From the NCBI GenBank assembly GCA_003344405.1, contig NOWV01000015.1, positions 434,001-498,000 of the forward strand: a stretch of DNA of 64,000 nucleotides. Reading direction: 5' to 3'. The stretch's first letter is position 1. The number at the start of each line of letters is the position of its first letter. Source of the DNA: Trichoplax sp. H2. Lineage: Eukaryota. Positions 13,276 through 28,400 of the stretch are shown here, piece after piece. A program made the translations under genes and the position numbers. A model generated the notes under the pieces. The model did no database searches. It was not told the DNA's origin and saw only the letters and a program-made list of their open reading frames with translations.

Positions 13276-14449
13276 TGACTATTGTAAGTGAGTGGATAGC
13301 CATTGCAATGGATGCATACTTTTCACTTGTCACCTTCTTTCAAGATGTTTCAACTATACTCTACTTTGCTTGTCTTCTATTGCAATGGATTGTAGCCAAT
13401 TTACAAGCTGCAAATCATCGACCTGATCATGAAATCCCATTTATCTGACCCTCTCATCATGACTGGATGGATAAAATAGTGGCTTCAAGGATGGTCTTTT
13501 GGAAAAGGCTATTAACTTGTATTCATAAATGTTACCATCAGATATCTTTTGATAATATCTGTTCAAACCTTGCTATCCTTTACAAATGGTTCTTATTGCA
13601 ATGATAACATTTGATGTAGTGACTATCACTGTTATTTCTTAGCGCTATTAAAAATTCAATCTAATCTTGCATTCGTTGTTTTCATTTTCTTTTACCCAAC
13701 ACTCTTTTACTAGCCCAATAGTTTACTAAACATACTTATCCTTTCAAACATGCCTATTACTATTAATACAACTACAATGCAAGTAGGTGATAATCATACG
13801 CGCAAAACGACACAGCAGTCAGCTAATACGCGTAAAGGCATGGATAGCATCAAGCTCGGACGAGAACACTACGATAAAGGATGACCATAACTCCGTTTTA
13901 GTCAATGTGGGATATAACCGTCTTGCTAACCATCTGGCAATACTCTTATCCAACCTGTAGACTATTCATTAGTTCAGGTAAAATACTTTCCAAATCAGTT
14001 GATTCTTTTATTTCCTTACATATGGTGAGTTATTATTAATCGTCTTTGACTATAGAATGACTACAAGTAATAATTCTTACTTTGCCTTAATATCAAAGTA
14101 GAGTCTAGGGCCTAGGGTTCAAAGACTGCTAGGCAGATAAAGACGCCTTTCTGAGCTCAATGTCAATATCAAAGTAGTTCCACATACTCGCATTATAAAT
14201 GAAAATATACAGTACAATTGCATGCTTTCAGGTTTAACAGTTAACAATGACTACGGTCAATCCGATATAGTTTAATAGCGTACAGAATTTCATGCGTGTG
14301 CTGTCAATAAGCTCAAACCTCAAGGAAATCCATTTTCAACAACTGAATCTAATATTAGCAATTTTACAGTAGTTTAACCGAAAAATTTTTAGAATGGAAG
14401 ATTTGCAATTCACAATATTGTACTACTGTATGCCCCGAACTTTTATGGT

Positions 14450-15059
14450 AGGATACGATCATATCAAATATCCATCCTAACTATGCATTAAAACGTAGTC
14501 TATAATTTATCTATCCTAAATTCGATAGCACACCTGTACAGTAGCTAAGATGTAACGGCAACAACCATTTTATTAGTCCAAGCATAATTGATCAATCATA
14601 CAACATATCACTTTCATTTGCTTTCAAAATAGATAATCAATTAATATGCGTAAATAATATATACCTTATATACAACTACAGCATANNNNNNNNNNNNNNN
14701 NNNNNAGGATACGATCATATCAAATATCCATCCTAACTATGCATTAAAACGTAGTCTATAATTTATCTATCCTAAATTCGATAGCACACCTGTACAGTAG
14801 CTAAGATGTAACGGTAAAAACCATTTTATTAGTCCAAGCATAATTGATCAATCATACAACATAAAAACGTAGTCTATAATTTATCTATCCTAAATTCGAT
14901 AGCACACCTGTACAGTAGCTAAGATGTAACGGCAAAAACCATTTTATTAGTCCAAGCATAATTGATCAATCATACAACATATCACTTTCATTTGCTTTCA
15001 AAATAGATAATCAATTAATATGCGTAAATAATATATACCTTATATACAACTACAGCATA
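14450..15059. repeat. Near-identical duplicated sequence around an N gap (probably an assembly overlap)
   Basis: 14450-14685 recurs from 14706, with a further internal repeat from about 14862. The gap is at 14686-14705. Confidence 0.8.
14686..14705. other. Assembly gap (20 N)
   Basis: Run of n. Confidence 1.
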
Positions 15060-16461
15060 GCCGCCACTATGTAGGCGATGTTTTTCAACCTACACTTTTC
15101 ACATTGGTATTGATTAGGTGATAGAAATAAGTTAATCTTACGTAAACTATTAATCGGCTCATAAAACAATCTAGCTTATAAGTTATTCAATCACAGCGTA
15201 GCCGCTGCAAAGTAGGTAATATTTTTACACACGTTTCACATCAGCGTTGATCGGGCGATTTATTGGGTTTCTGAAAAGGTTGATATAGCACGAATGATAA
15301 CATGGTTACAAGCTTTCCATGTCAGAAATAGAGTTACCGAAATCAAAGTTATAGTATTAACCACAGTAAGGTGACTGCTGTCAATAGAATTATTTTACAA
15401 TCCGCTAGATCAAATTTCTCTATTTTAGTAACTCCTTCGCTATCTACGTCGTATATTACAAAAACATTCGTAATCACCCGGCTGACGCAAGAAGTAATAC
15501 CTATAATTACAATTCACTTAATCGAAATGATTGTACTAAACTAAAATGGTACAAGATGCCATCAAATCATCACAGTGTTATTTGCTAACTTAACAAGTTT
15601 TCTCAATTTCTTAACCTCTTGCTTTGCAAAGAGCTACAATGAATATTAGTAATTTATTCAAATATTTTATTAACTTTCATATCAACTCTACCATGACTGT
15701 TCATGAAACTATCGACGAAGTTAATCTCAACTATCAATTAAATAATTAGACATACATAATGAGATTAATTTGACAGGCAATAAAATAATGAACATACACC
15801 AGCTTGATCACTGGGCATAGATAGGGCTAAAGAATAATCGATTATTATATATATGTGCATATCAAGCATAGCGGAAGAGATTATTGAGATATACAGCAAT
15901 ACTGCTATTAGCATATCATAATTAACAAATAGATTCATGGGCAGTGGCTACCTTCTCTCAGTAAGCTTCATGAAACAGCAATAAATTACATTAACGTTAC
16001 AATGTAAACAATATCGACGAAAAAATAATGATATAATATACGTATTGGTAATTTAGTTGGGTATCATCACATTACACTAAAGTTAAATTTATACTTCACA
16101 ATGTTTTTAACTAATGGAATGAGACATCTGTTTTTACTTGTTTATAGTATAGAATTTACGAGTATATCATTTTTAAACAGTAAATAAAATTTGAAAGGAT
16201 AAAAAGTGCTAATGTTTACTGTAAGATATTACTGCCATAGAAATCAATACAATATAGTAGGATTTTGTAGCAGTGATAAGATTGGCGTATTAAATGTCCG
16301 ATCAAATTGGCTATTGCTTAAAATGCTAGAATATCTACGAAAGTTAGCATGACTAATGGTCAATAAAGTATTGTAACACCATCCATTAATATTTTACCTT
16401 TGCTAATTTAATATACATATTAGGATGCAATAACATCATTGTAGATCTCTAGAGGCCATAA

Positions 16462-19400
16462 TCAATCCAATACTACTGCAGTAGATATTAAAATAATGCT
16501 TCTTCCGGAATTGCGTCAATTCGTCGATTCTGCTCTTCTATTCTTGCATTTATATTCTTGAGATATTCTTCAATGCGCTGTTCAAAATCTAGTAATTGCT
16601 TGATGTAAGGATGAAATATTTAGACATGATCAACTATTTCGGTAGAACAAATCTATTTGCTAATAGCTTACTATGTGATGTACTATAAGAGTACTCAATA
16701 ATTCGCGTAAATATAAATAAATCGCGTTTAGAACACAAGTTACTCACATTTACCGATAGTACTTTAAATTTTTATTAACTAAATTCAATCAACAATGAGC
16801 ACTTTCAAAGTAAAAAAATAGATAAGGATACAAGGGTGCTGATTCGTCTTCGTACCGTCCATACTAACATACTGTAATCCATTATAAAAACATCCAGCAG
16901 GCAATGGCTTTGCCTTTAATTCATTACGAATTTTTTGTACCTCTCCAGATGTTAACGACTCTTTCGTCCTTAATACTTTTTTTTTCGGTTTCTAGTAAAA
17001 GCAGACAAAAACTCGATGAATAGAAGCATCGCAGGTTATTTAATTACTATAATGTAATCTGTTTTCTTCGATATGTTTGAAAAATAAAAACTATAGGTAA
17101 AAACGCCCAAAAAATACCAATCGTTATACATATTAAAGCCATGCATTTGTGATCAATTTTGTACAAATTGATGCAAGAAATTGCAACATCGAATGTATGG
17201 GATCACGTCGTACATTAAATTTCAGGTGATGTCATATTTATGTACAATGCTGCAACATTTCTCAGTAGAGCTATATTACTACTAGACCTACCGCCGGCCT
17301 ACAGGCTGTCAGCCATTGTTTTAATCGGCCTTCGTCTAATCCGGTACCGCTAAATATCATAAATGATTTAGATGCATTTTCTTGCATATTTTGTGCAGCC
17401 CCAGATGGCTTAGGTGGTGTAGGTAAATGACCAACAGATTGCATTACTACTTTTTGACTATAAGGGCAACAATCGATCTCATGATAACCAGTTACATCTA
17501 AATCAGGTAGTTCAATAATTTAATTATTTTATTAAATAAGCATTGGCATGTTGTTTGGCAAGAAGATATTTTACATACTATTTGGAAGTAAAATATAATA
17601 CAAGACATTAATTTTCAAAAGCTCCGCTACATACCAATTAGTTCAGTCAAGCCGCGAATATGATAAATTTTGCCTAAAATAAAGACATTTACTTAATAAG
17701 TTTAGTAAAGTTAATAATATTAATGTTATCATTTCTTTCAAGATATTAGAGCATTCATATAGAATGCAAGATGTAAAATATTATTTCATCCTAAGTCATC
17801 TATACCTTGATTGTTGATAGCAGAGGAATTGCGATCCCTAAGGTCTACAGTGTCAATAGTAATTCATTGATATGAATCACAATGATTATAAAAATTTATA
17901 CGCACGGACGAAAATATGGTGGCTTAAAACGGCAACGCCATGCTTTCAATAATTGGCAGGTATGTTTCCGTTAATTTAATTTTGCGACTTACAAAATAAA
18001 TTTAACCGCGTACTGTAATTACAATTTTTCAAACCAACCTTTACATTGTTTCAATATTTTGGCTTTATCCAACGGTAAATTGAATTTCAAAAAGTGCTAA
18101 ATACACCCACAAATAAGAATTAATTAAAATTAAATAATAGAATAAACCTCTTGCAGCATTAATAGAAGCATTCCAAAATCCATCACTTTTCTCAAGAGAT
18201 ATAAATCTTAACCTCAGTTACTGCAGGTAGAGTTTGACCAGAGGCAAAAGCACCGATAGATCTAGTCAGAGTAATTATTTTTAATTAAACAAATTTCAGC
18301 TTTAAATCACAGCACTATTACAGCTATTCAATCCGGAGAATTTACATATCAGGATAAAGTAATAATCGCTTCCGAGCTAGAGAGGCTTGGCTAAACGTAT
18401 TTTCACTAATAATCAAATCGATGTCTGAACTCCTAGATCCGGTTTATAAGCAATTAAAAGCGGTCCAATTAGTAAATAAGTTTGAGCAAAGAACAATGAT
18501 AAACAGTACTTGATTCAAAATCTCGGCACCATAGTAATTTTACCTCGTAATTTTTCCACTTCGAGCAGCAATAAAGGCAACATCAACATTTAAAGTTCTA
18601 ATTAATTTCTGTATTTGCAACATATCTTCATCCTACAAAATTTTAATTTTACGTGTGAAGAATATTAGGGATGCTGTTATTTAAGATGATTGATCTTTCT
18701 AAGTAAAAAATTGTCGCGTAAAAATTTTAGTCAATTCGGAGAAGCAATAATTTCACAAATTCTTCAAAATTTGTAAAATACAAATGCCTTACTTTTTGCT
18801 CGAAGCCATCATGAAAGACAATGTTATTGACTAATCCTAAAGGATAAAATAACGTCCTGACATTATCATATCATAGAACGAGAATTTTAATACAAGAGCA
18901 CTTATTGCTAATCTCAAGTGATACCAATACTGTACCCAATAAATTTTATAACAACACGATTTAGCTACAATAATCGACACAGCAGTCAACATAGCTCTAA
19001 AGATATGCATTATATACAAGCCCTTTTACCCGTTGCACAAAACTCCAACAATTTTGGCATCATAGTTCTGAAAAAGTTAAACGTTCATTGTTTTAAGTTA
19101 GTAAGGATAAGATCATAACAACGTAGTCAATCACATGTAAGTTGACGCTACATACTGTATAAATATATGGCTTAAATAGAAAAGAATGATACAAAAATTA
19201 AAAAATTGAGGAGCAGTTATAAAATCAAGAAACCTTAAAAAAGTGCAATCTAATTCTATAGCAAATTGAGTTTCAAATGTAAAAGTGTAAAGGCTACAAA
19301 TTATTATTACAATTCTGGCTTGATACGCATAGTAACGGTGTAAGAGAAACAAATAAAATTACTGCGAAAATCAGGTATTATTTAAGATTCTACCAGTACT

Positions 19401-22400
19401 GCGATCATTAGGTGAAAGTCTTTCATTATCTCACTTACTTCCCCTCCATAAAGCAATTCTGATGATCAAGACACGTAGTTACGGCGCCTAAATAGAAGAA
19501 ATGACGGCAAGAGTATCACTCAGCGGCATAATACCTTCGAAAAACAGTTGATACGCACAAGCAGTAACTAATTTTCCCTTAGTAACTCCTACTAACTATA
19601 CTATAATCAATTTAGCATACACGCATGAGTAAACTTAGCTAACCGATGCGCAGGTTTTTAGTTAAAGTCTTATCTGGATGAGATAATATTGCTTGAATAA
19701 CATCGACAATGTCAGTGAATCTGCCAGTGAAAATAAGAAAAATCAGTTGTTATTAAATACAGAATGTACGTCCATTTTTTTAAATTATAAATCATTTTAA
19801 TTAGTGCACATTTTAAACTCGGGTATAACAAACTAACCCTGACGTCTCCAAAAGCAGCCTAATCCTTCTACCAGTAGATAGACGCGATGAACGAGAGTTC
19901 TTGTGTTTGCTAATCAGATTACTTAACCTTTCCTGAAGTTCTGTAACCAGTAAACGCATAGCGCATCCGTATTAATTAGTAACATACTCTTTAGCAAATG
20001 TTCCCGTTAGTATGTTATAAAGGCATTATATCAATTATTAAAGAACATTTTTCACTATACGATATTCAATATTTGACATTACTTTCTCCTTTGAAAGTAT
20101 TCAAGTCGTTAATCGATTGACGCAATACCATCCACCTATAACGTATTAATAATAATCAACTTTAAATATTAATTAAGTAACTACACTATTCTATTTTTTG
20201 TATAATATAAAACACAAACTTTAATTTTGTAGAATTATATGAGTGGATAGCGAATACCTATTGTTCTCTTTAGCTAGGGAAGTTAATGAAGTACATAAAC
20301 TTTCCTTTCCACAACCAGGAATGCCAGTGATTACAGTGATGATGATCTAGTTTTAAAGATTCATGAAATCATAATCGAAAGGACATATAGTCAGTAGCTG
20401 ATACGGTCATAAACATAAATATAAGTGAAATCCAGGGATTAACATAGTCAATGATGGATTTAGAGTACATAACCTTACGTTCATATCAATGGTGAATACT
20501 TAAAATAGTGTTACAATTTAAATAATTTCCATTAGATGGATAATGTAATTTTAAGTTCGCTTAGATAAAACATACTTCGGCAGTGTCTTCCATTACTTGC
20601 TGTGGATTGCTAGACTGCAATAATGCTATATCATCTTCTTTGATATTAGTGGCACAGTTACAGAATTCAAAAATAGGCCAAAAGCTAAAAGCACATAATA
20701 GTGTAATAATACGATAAAATCAATTTCCGTTGTCTTAATATAACACTAATTAACTATCAACAAACCTCACGCTATTAAGTTATGTCATATTGCTTCGATT
20801 TACCTGGCAAAGTCGTATAATCTTTGAGCAGCATTCTGATAAACACTGTTACCAGTTACATTCAAACTACTTTGCAAAAAGTCGTACCTATTTAATTTCG
20901 AGCAAAAATTTAATTAGCAACATAACTACTCAACAACTATAAAAAAACAATTCAATTTCTGCATCAAAACTAAATGGTTTACTCCATACTTACACATTTC
21001 TTATCTTTTGCTGTAAATCTACGGAGTAACGATTAAATAAATTAGAATGGCTTAATATAATACATCAAGCATATCCTACGATTACATGAAACGTTTCACT
21101 AATGACACTATTACTTAATTCTTAGACGATAGCTATTTATTGCATATTTGCAATGACTAACCTTTCATTATTTCTACTTGAGGTCGCGAAGACATCGTCG
21201 AATTCCATGAATTCAAAACCTTTATGGTAGGAATTTGAGACAGCAGAAAATTAATTGGTTAACATTTTAAAAATAATTCACAATTCCAGGTACAGCCAGA
21301 CCTTATTATAAAACTCCCGGCGTGCTTTACTTTTCGGTGGTAATGCAAAGATATATTCCAAATTATCATGTATGAATGGTATCGGTAAATGATGAAGTAA
21401 CGAACTTTTACATTTAATCAACAAAATTGCAACTGTACTGGTTGAGTCCTACCGAAAAAAATAAATCCAATTAATAAATAATAAAAGCATGCGCATGCGG
21501 ATATAAAATACCTACAAGTGTCAGAATAATGGTATAGACGTTGATTTAAAGTGTGTGATCCAAGATTGATCGTATTTTTAATTTAAATTCATGTGTAAGA
21601 AAGATAAAATGACAGCAATTCTTTACAGGTACATATAGATTTAATCTAAAATTCACTAATCAATGAGCTGATGACGTAAGCGCTATACAACCTGTATAAG
21701 TATTTATTAGTAGCCTGATTCTTTCATCACGTTTAATATATTTAACATGTCCATTTATGCAATTAAAATTCGAATTCTATTACTAATAAACGCATCTAAG
21801 TGGAAGTACATTTATCATAAATGCATTACATTATTCAAATATTAAAAAATCTAGATATTACATTTCTTAACTTACTCCATCGAATAACTTGATCGCCTCA
21901 ATTTCGTTTAGCGACAATACCAATGTTCCAAAATTTTTACAGATGATAATAATACATCGCTCAAATATGATGACTTGCTCTAAGAGGATGATACAATGAC
22001 GCTTAATAGTTTTATAAATATCAACGGTAAAAGTTGTTACAAATTGAATCATATCACTACTACTTAAAATCTAAAATAGCAGCGTGCAACCAAAACTGCA
22101 AGTAAAATACACAACCTCTTATCAAGATTTGTGTAAGTAGAATAATATTATCATTGTAGTAATAAAACTATAACTTTATTTCCAATCATAAAATTTGTAC
22201 TCCTTTTTAAAATTTTCATTACAATACAGTATGAAAACCTATTCCTGACAGGAAAATTACAGCTTCAATGTTATAAATTTCGTGGCTGTAAGTTTACCCT
22301 AAAATAGATTTTTTATCATTTTACAATCGTACCTTAGATATTATTACTGCAAATCTTACCTTCATTCAAATAAACATTTGCGATATCCCATACAAAAGGA

Positions 22401-25400
22401 ACATTTTCCATTAAGGCCAACTTCTTACCCCAGTTACGGTTTTCAGTCTACTTGCACAAAATAAAATTTTTCATTATTCTTAAATACTTTTAGTCGCTAG
22501 TCTTACATAGAGTTTGCTGTATCGCTGATCTGACAGAACGTCAATGGCCAGAATATAATCTAGTTTCAAAGAAATTTCTATGAAGCAATGCTGAACCTGT
22601 AATAATTCTTTAATCTCATTAAACGATTTCTCTTCTGTCGAATCCTTAAGAAGCAAAACATATTGTATGTAAGACAATTATACGAAAGTAAATATTTGGC
22701 TGTAGAGAGATAAATTTTAAGGTATTCGTGAAAATCACACAGTATTAAATAACCAACTTTTCCACGTACAGGATGAAAAAAATATTTTGGGACATTTCTA
22801 GTTAATATTAGGTGTTTTCCTTTCCATGATATTTTATTATCTAGATGTCAAAGAGATTAATCGTGAGTATAAATCGTTGAAAGATTATTATATAATATGA
22901 ACTACAAAGCAATAAATTAAAAAATCTTTACCGGAATTATACACTCTAACTACGGAATCGACAAAGGTTTCAGCAAAAGCCACAGATCCTAAAGTTGTAC
23001 TTGAATTATTGAGACTCGGTATATCGGTTATTGCAACGTAAGCCTGTCGTGATTATTATTCTATTACTTTTCAAAGTCAATACAGCGGGAATGTTCGATT
23101 TAACGCAACGTAGTAATTCTTTTATTAACTATTTAAACAAACTGACAGTTCTTAACCAACCAGTTTTATGCGATGGTAGTGCTCCTGGTTAGAAATATGA
23201 ATACTCCTAACCAATAAATAATCATTTCATTAGTTATGAATCGAAGCTAAAGTCTATGGTATCCAAATATAGAAATGTATATCATCGCTTAATATCTAAC
23301 CTGCCATAGTTGTCGTAACATTCAATATGGAACTCCACGTGCTTTCTAATAAAAAAATCATACAAAGACGATTAACAGCGCTGATCGATGGTCATTCTTA
23401 TGGCAATAATGGGTACACAGTACTTTTCGACACAAACTTTAAGTAACTCATTTAATGTTCGCAGCTATTAATAATTTTATGTATAGTAACAAAGTGTTGG
23501 TCATGAGTCTCTTACTCTAACGGTAATAGTTTGGTATAGGCAGATTGATCGAGATGCTTTTCTTGCAATAAAAGATGCATGTTCTGTATGACAACTTCGC
23601 GTGCCTAAACACCGTGTGGAAAATACATACACGGTTACTCGATATTTCAAACACGTCTTCATTGCTGTAAGACCATTTTTCGAGTCAATCATTATAAAAT
23701 GACGATAACAGTTGAACAATAAAATAGAATTAGCCTAATTTCGAGAAATACTTAGGCGACCTTGTCCACGTTTAAACATCGGGTATAAGTATTGATTGCT
23801 TCATGAATTACTCCAATGCAAATGTGGTACAAAGAATGAAGGAATCTTCAAAGATAAGAACAGAAATTTATTTACGAAGAATATATATCAATTTCTTGAA
23901 TTATCATATAAAATTTTATAATTATGGAAATGAAGAAGTATTACGTATTGACATTTCTCTACACTAAAACCTAACCTGGCATCTTTATTAATGTCTTTCT
24001 TATCTATTGATTTAAATTGTTATATGAATCAAATTTTATATAGAAATACTTTTTTTAAACTAATATCGGTAATTGTAATTATAATCACAACTGCTTACCT
24101 GCTGTACCGTGCGGCACATAACATCGAGATAAAAAGTACGTTCTGATACAAATTAACTTTGTTCGGGGGTCTATAGCTTTACAGATCTGAAAGAATTATA
24201 ATAATTAAAAAGTAACCCCAACAATATATCATAAATTCTTACTGGCGAAGCATTAAATCATTCTTGTCTACAGTGTATGTCTTAAATCATTTTGTAGTGG
24301 TACCCTCTGCATGAAATGATTAAAATGGAGTCAAGTACACTATTCAACATATTAAAGTATCTTTGAATCACGCTGATGGCTATAATATATTTTATAACCA
24401 TAAGGTGTATTTAATCTTGAAATTTCAAAATTTCAAATATACCCCTCTTAGCTCACATCAAAGAATTGTTGCCATTTATGCGTACGTATTATTTCATCGA
24501 AAAGTCAGTCACTATATCAATCAGTCTTACCATGTATAAGATATTGTTTCTTTCATCACATCGATTAATACTTTCGCCGTGTTTAATGACATCCTTAGAT
24601 TCAAATCCGTTCTTTAACGCTAAATTTGTTAAGCGGTTACCGAACTGAACAAATGGTCGTCCCCAATCTGCTACACTTCTACAACATCATTAGCATATCA
24701 AGTCAACTGGTTATCTACACATTTAGTAGGCTTAAGTAGGATATCAAATATAGATATTATACATAAAAATTCTTTAATACTAAACTGGTCAAGTAAAGAT
24801 GTATTGCCAAGGCATCCGTAATCGTAGTAGGTCCTAAAAGGCTATCGAATATTAATTATACATTACATTTTTCTTAGCCCAATTGCACGGTAGAGAATAA
24901 CAAGTTGGCATTGTTTAATCCTCAGTAGATACAATTGTAATATATTCAAGAATGGACTTAAATTCTAGGCTAAAGAATTAATTTAAATACTTTCGTGCCG
25001 TCAGAGAAAGGAGTATTCCTTTTTACATGTTATTCCAATATCTTATGAAATTAGTTTAAAATTAGCCCATATGTTCTAATATACCTCACACATAAATACA
25101 AAGTCAAATTAGAACGCCTTAAGATAACGTTTTATTTATGACTTTCACTGAGAGGCGTCAACTTGCCAATACACCATAGCACAATATTCATAAACCTACC
25201 TCACATAAAGAGCTTTCAGTTAAAGTATCAGTCGAGCTCCTAAATTAATTTCACAATTCAAAAATTAAATTTGCCTAATGATATCATTTAACAATTGGTT
25301 AATAATAATGTAATAAACACCACATCTTTACCCACCCTTGTAGTTTAATCTTAGACAACAAAGTGGACCATAGCTGCTCAAATCGAGGCAATTGCTGAGA

Positions 25401-28400
25401 GTGCACAAAAGTATCATTTGTAAAATTTTCGGCATCTTAAGCTATTGTATCCAACATTAATTACGGTAAGAAAATTGACAAAAGTATAAAACCTTTGAGA
25501 TTAATATCTCCAGATGAACTGAGTCAATCACATTGTACACTTCCTTTTCGAGACTAAGTGTCACGTCAACTAACTAATTCATAAAGAAACAAGACAAAGA
25601 AGCATAAATTGGCGGATAACATAATTATTAGTGCTACTCTATCTTCATATATACAAGAGACCCAAGTAATGCAACCATTTCGATTAATCACAAACCTTGC
25701 GGTCCATAGTAAAAAATCCCCGCCTTCATCATAATTTAGGCAATAATTAGTTATTTTGTTAGTAAGAAAATGCCCAGGCAATTCAAATCTTATAATACAC
25801 GGCTACCACAATTACTGTCAGTATGCTTTCGGTTTTATAATAATTCCATGATCAAATCGCAATAGCATATCATTCAAAACTATAAGGGCGTCAATTTACC
25901 CTCCTTCACGGATTCCTTCATATGCATATGCTTGAATTAGTGGCCATGATTCAAAAACAAATGGATCTAAAGGTTTTTTCCCTAATAAGATATATATCAG
26001 CAATATCAAATAAGCGGTCTTAATAGTACATTAGAACTTATAAAGCTCTTTAGAAATCTAAATCGAAGTTTGCATACCTTCATACGGTATACCGATTCGA
26101 CGAGAATCCCCTACCATGTCAATAAAACTACATATTTTATATTCTTCAGCTACCTCATCATCTTCATACTGTAAAATCATGCGTAAGCAGTATAAATACA
26201 ATGTACCTGATTGCATTTTTGCTCATAATGGTCATCATTAGTGTTATATAAAACAATTATAAAATGTATATTATTGACTACTTACTTGCAACTCAGATAA
26301 ACAATATAACTGAAGATTTCTCCAATGGATAATATAGGGCATGAGATATTCATAATTTCTTGCATTGCAATAGACATGGACACAATCTTCTTTGACAAAA
26401 ATGACAACATCTGGTGCAGCAGAAAAAGTAATAAAATAGATTAGTGGATTTTGGACAATATGCATGAAAATTACGTAATGATTACTCTTTCGACTAGAAA
26501 TTTCAGAAAATTCATAAAAATTGTAAGACATACCCTCTAATATTTCTTCAGGAATTCTAATGCTAAACGGCGATGTATATTTTAGCAAACCAAATTACGA
26601 AATGTTAAATTGCAATAATTATTTATAATAGAGAATATGATACTAAGAAATCAGTAATTTTACTTTGCTAAATCCTTGATGGTATAGCAGTAATCAAACA
26701 ATATGTAATTGACTAGTTGTCTGGTGCCTTCATTGTAACTGCAATGATATAAATGTAAAAACATTAGTAAAATGAATAATGTTGAAGGTATATTTCTTGA
26801 CTGCAAAATATCAGTAAACATTATTACATTCAGAAAAGATTGTCGAAAAGTAGAATACAGAAACGTATCCACTCTTTGCACTTGCTTCAAACTATAGAAT
26901 TACACTAATGCCACTTATAACGTATCAATAAAGAAATGCTGCTATGCTGGCTTTCTTATTAGTTGACTATTCTACGCAATTGTGAATTCAACTGATATGA
27001 ATCTATCGACTTACTTGCCATCAACACCTGTTAATTTTGGTTTGTCCACAGCCCAGACATAGTTATCGCCAAATATTTATTATTGAAGAATTATAACATT
27101 ATTAGCACAATAATATAATTCAGAAATTAGCTATATACCATGTGAAAATAGTATCAATCAATACAACTCTCAGACTAAAATTTTAATCATTAAGTAACTA
27201 AACTACGACAGAATATCTAGTATGTGTTATTGACATAAGGCTTGCAAATGCGCACCTGGTGTAAATAAACTTATCAGTAGTTAATACATTACATACTGTA
27301 CATGACCTGTTGTTATCATTTCCATAGCGCTCTAAATTTATTGTGAATCTAAGACTGTACCTAATATGCAGAGTATTCCATCAATCGGATTTGAGTTATT
27401 GTCGCTAAAATTGTTGATAGCAATAATGGATTGTATTTTTCGTAGTCGAGCGTTACTATATTCGTTAAAAATCAACAAGAAACGAAATTATTCATCATAT
27501 ACAGTAGATGATCATGCTCTGATGTAATGAATTCAAAAATTAATAATTTAACTGCATAGTATAGCATATAACCGAAGATTAACAGCAGATATTGAATGCT
27601 TTCATGCAAAGTATTTACCATTACTGTACCATGATCATCGATACAATATCTAGCTTGGTTGTAAAGAACTGCTAGTATAATTAATCTACGATGGGCGAAT
27701 ACAGCACTCTAGTACACTCAGGCTATAAATGATGCTTATAAATGATCGATGGAACGGCGCCACTCAGAGCAGTCATTATCCGTGCCGTTCAGGTTAACTG
27801 CTTACATTGCTTACAGATACCAATAAGATCATTAATCTCTACTGTGGTTGTAGTAAATAGCCTGATAGTAAATCTAAAGTATAACTGATTCTAATGAAAA
27901 TAAGCGTTATAAACGAGCAGCATTAATAAGTAATTGTTTATAAATATTTTAGCTAGTAAATATTATGCACAACTCTAGATTAGTCAGACAGTCCCAGTTA
28001 ACTTCTTATATTACAAATAGATTACAAGTGCAAACATCGATATCTACCTTGACTCTATTAAGCTACTTAATCATTAACCTATAGTATAATTGGTTTACCG
28101 AAATACGCTAACAGGAATCATACATTCCTAAGTAAGATTGATAACATTTATTTGCACATACTGTAGTATCAGGTACATTTACTATGCATTACTGCATTTA
28201 TCATGTTAATTTCTGCTAAATCTCATCAACATTTACTAGCTCTAAAAAAATATGCAAATTAATGGCTAGTATCGTAGGCGGATAAATATTAAGGACGTGA
28301 AAGTTAAGCTAATAAAAGACATATAGCCGATTCCTGGAATTGCAATCACGCAACAATAATCAATTACACTTATTTATTTATCAACCGACGACTAATGTTG

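Noticed and set aside
14450-15059. Duplication as a biological repeat
   Set aside because: Near-identical copies straddle an N gap; likely an assembly overlap.
13700-16400. Possible additional gene between ATP5ME and DNAAF9
   Set aside because: No convincing exons or motifs seen.
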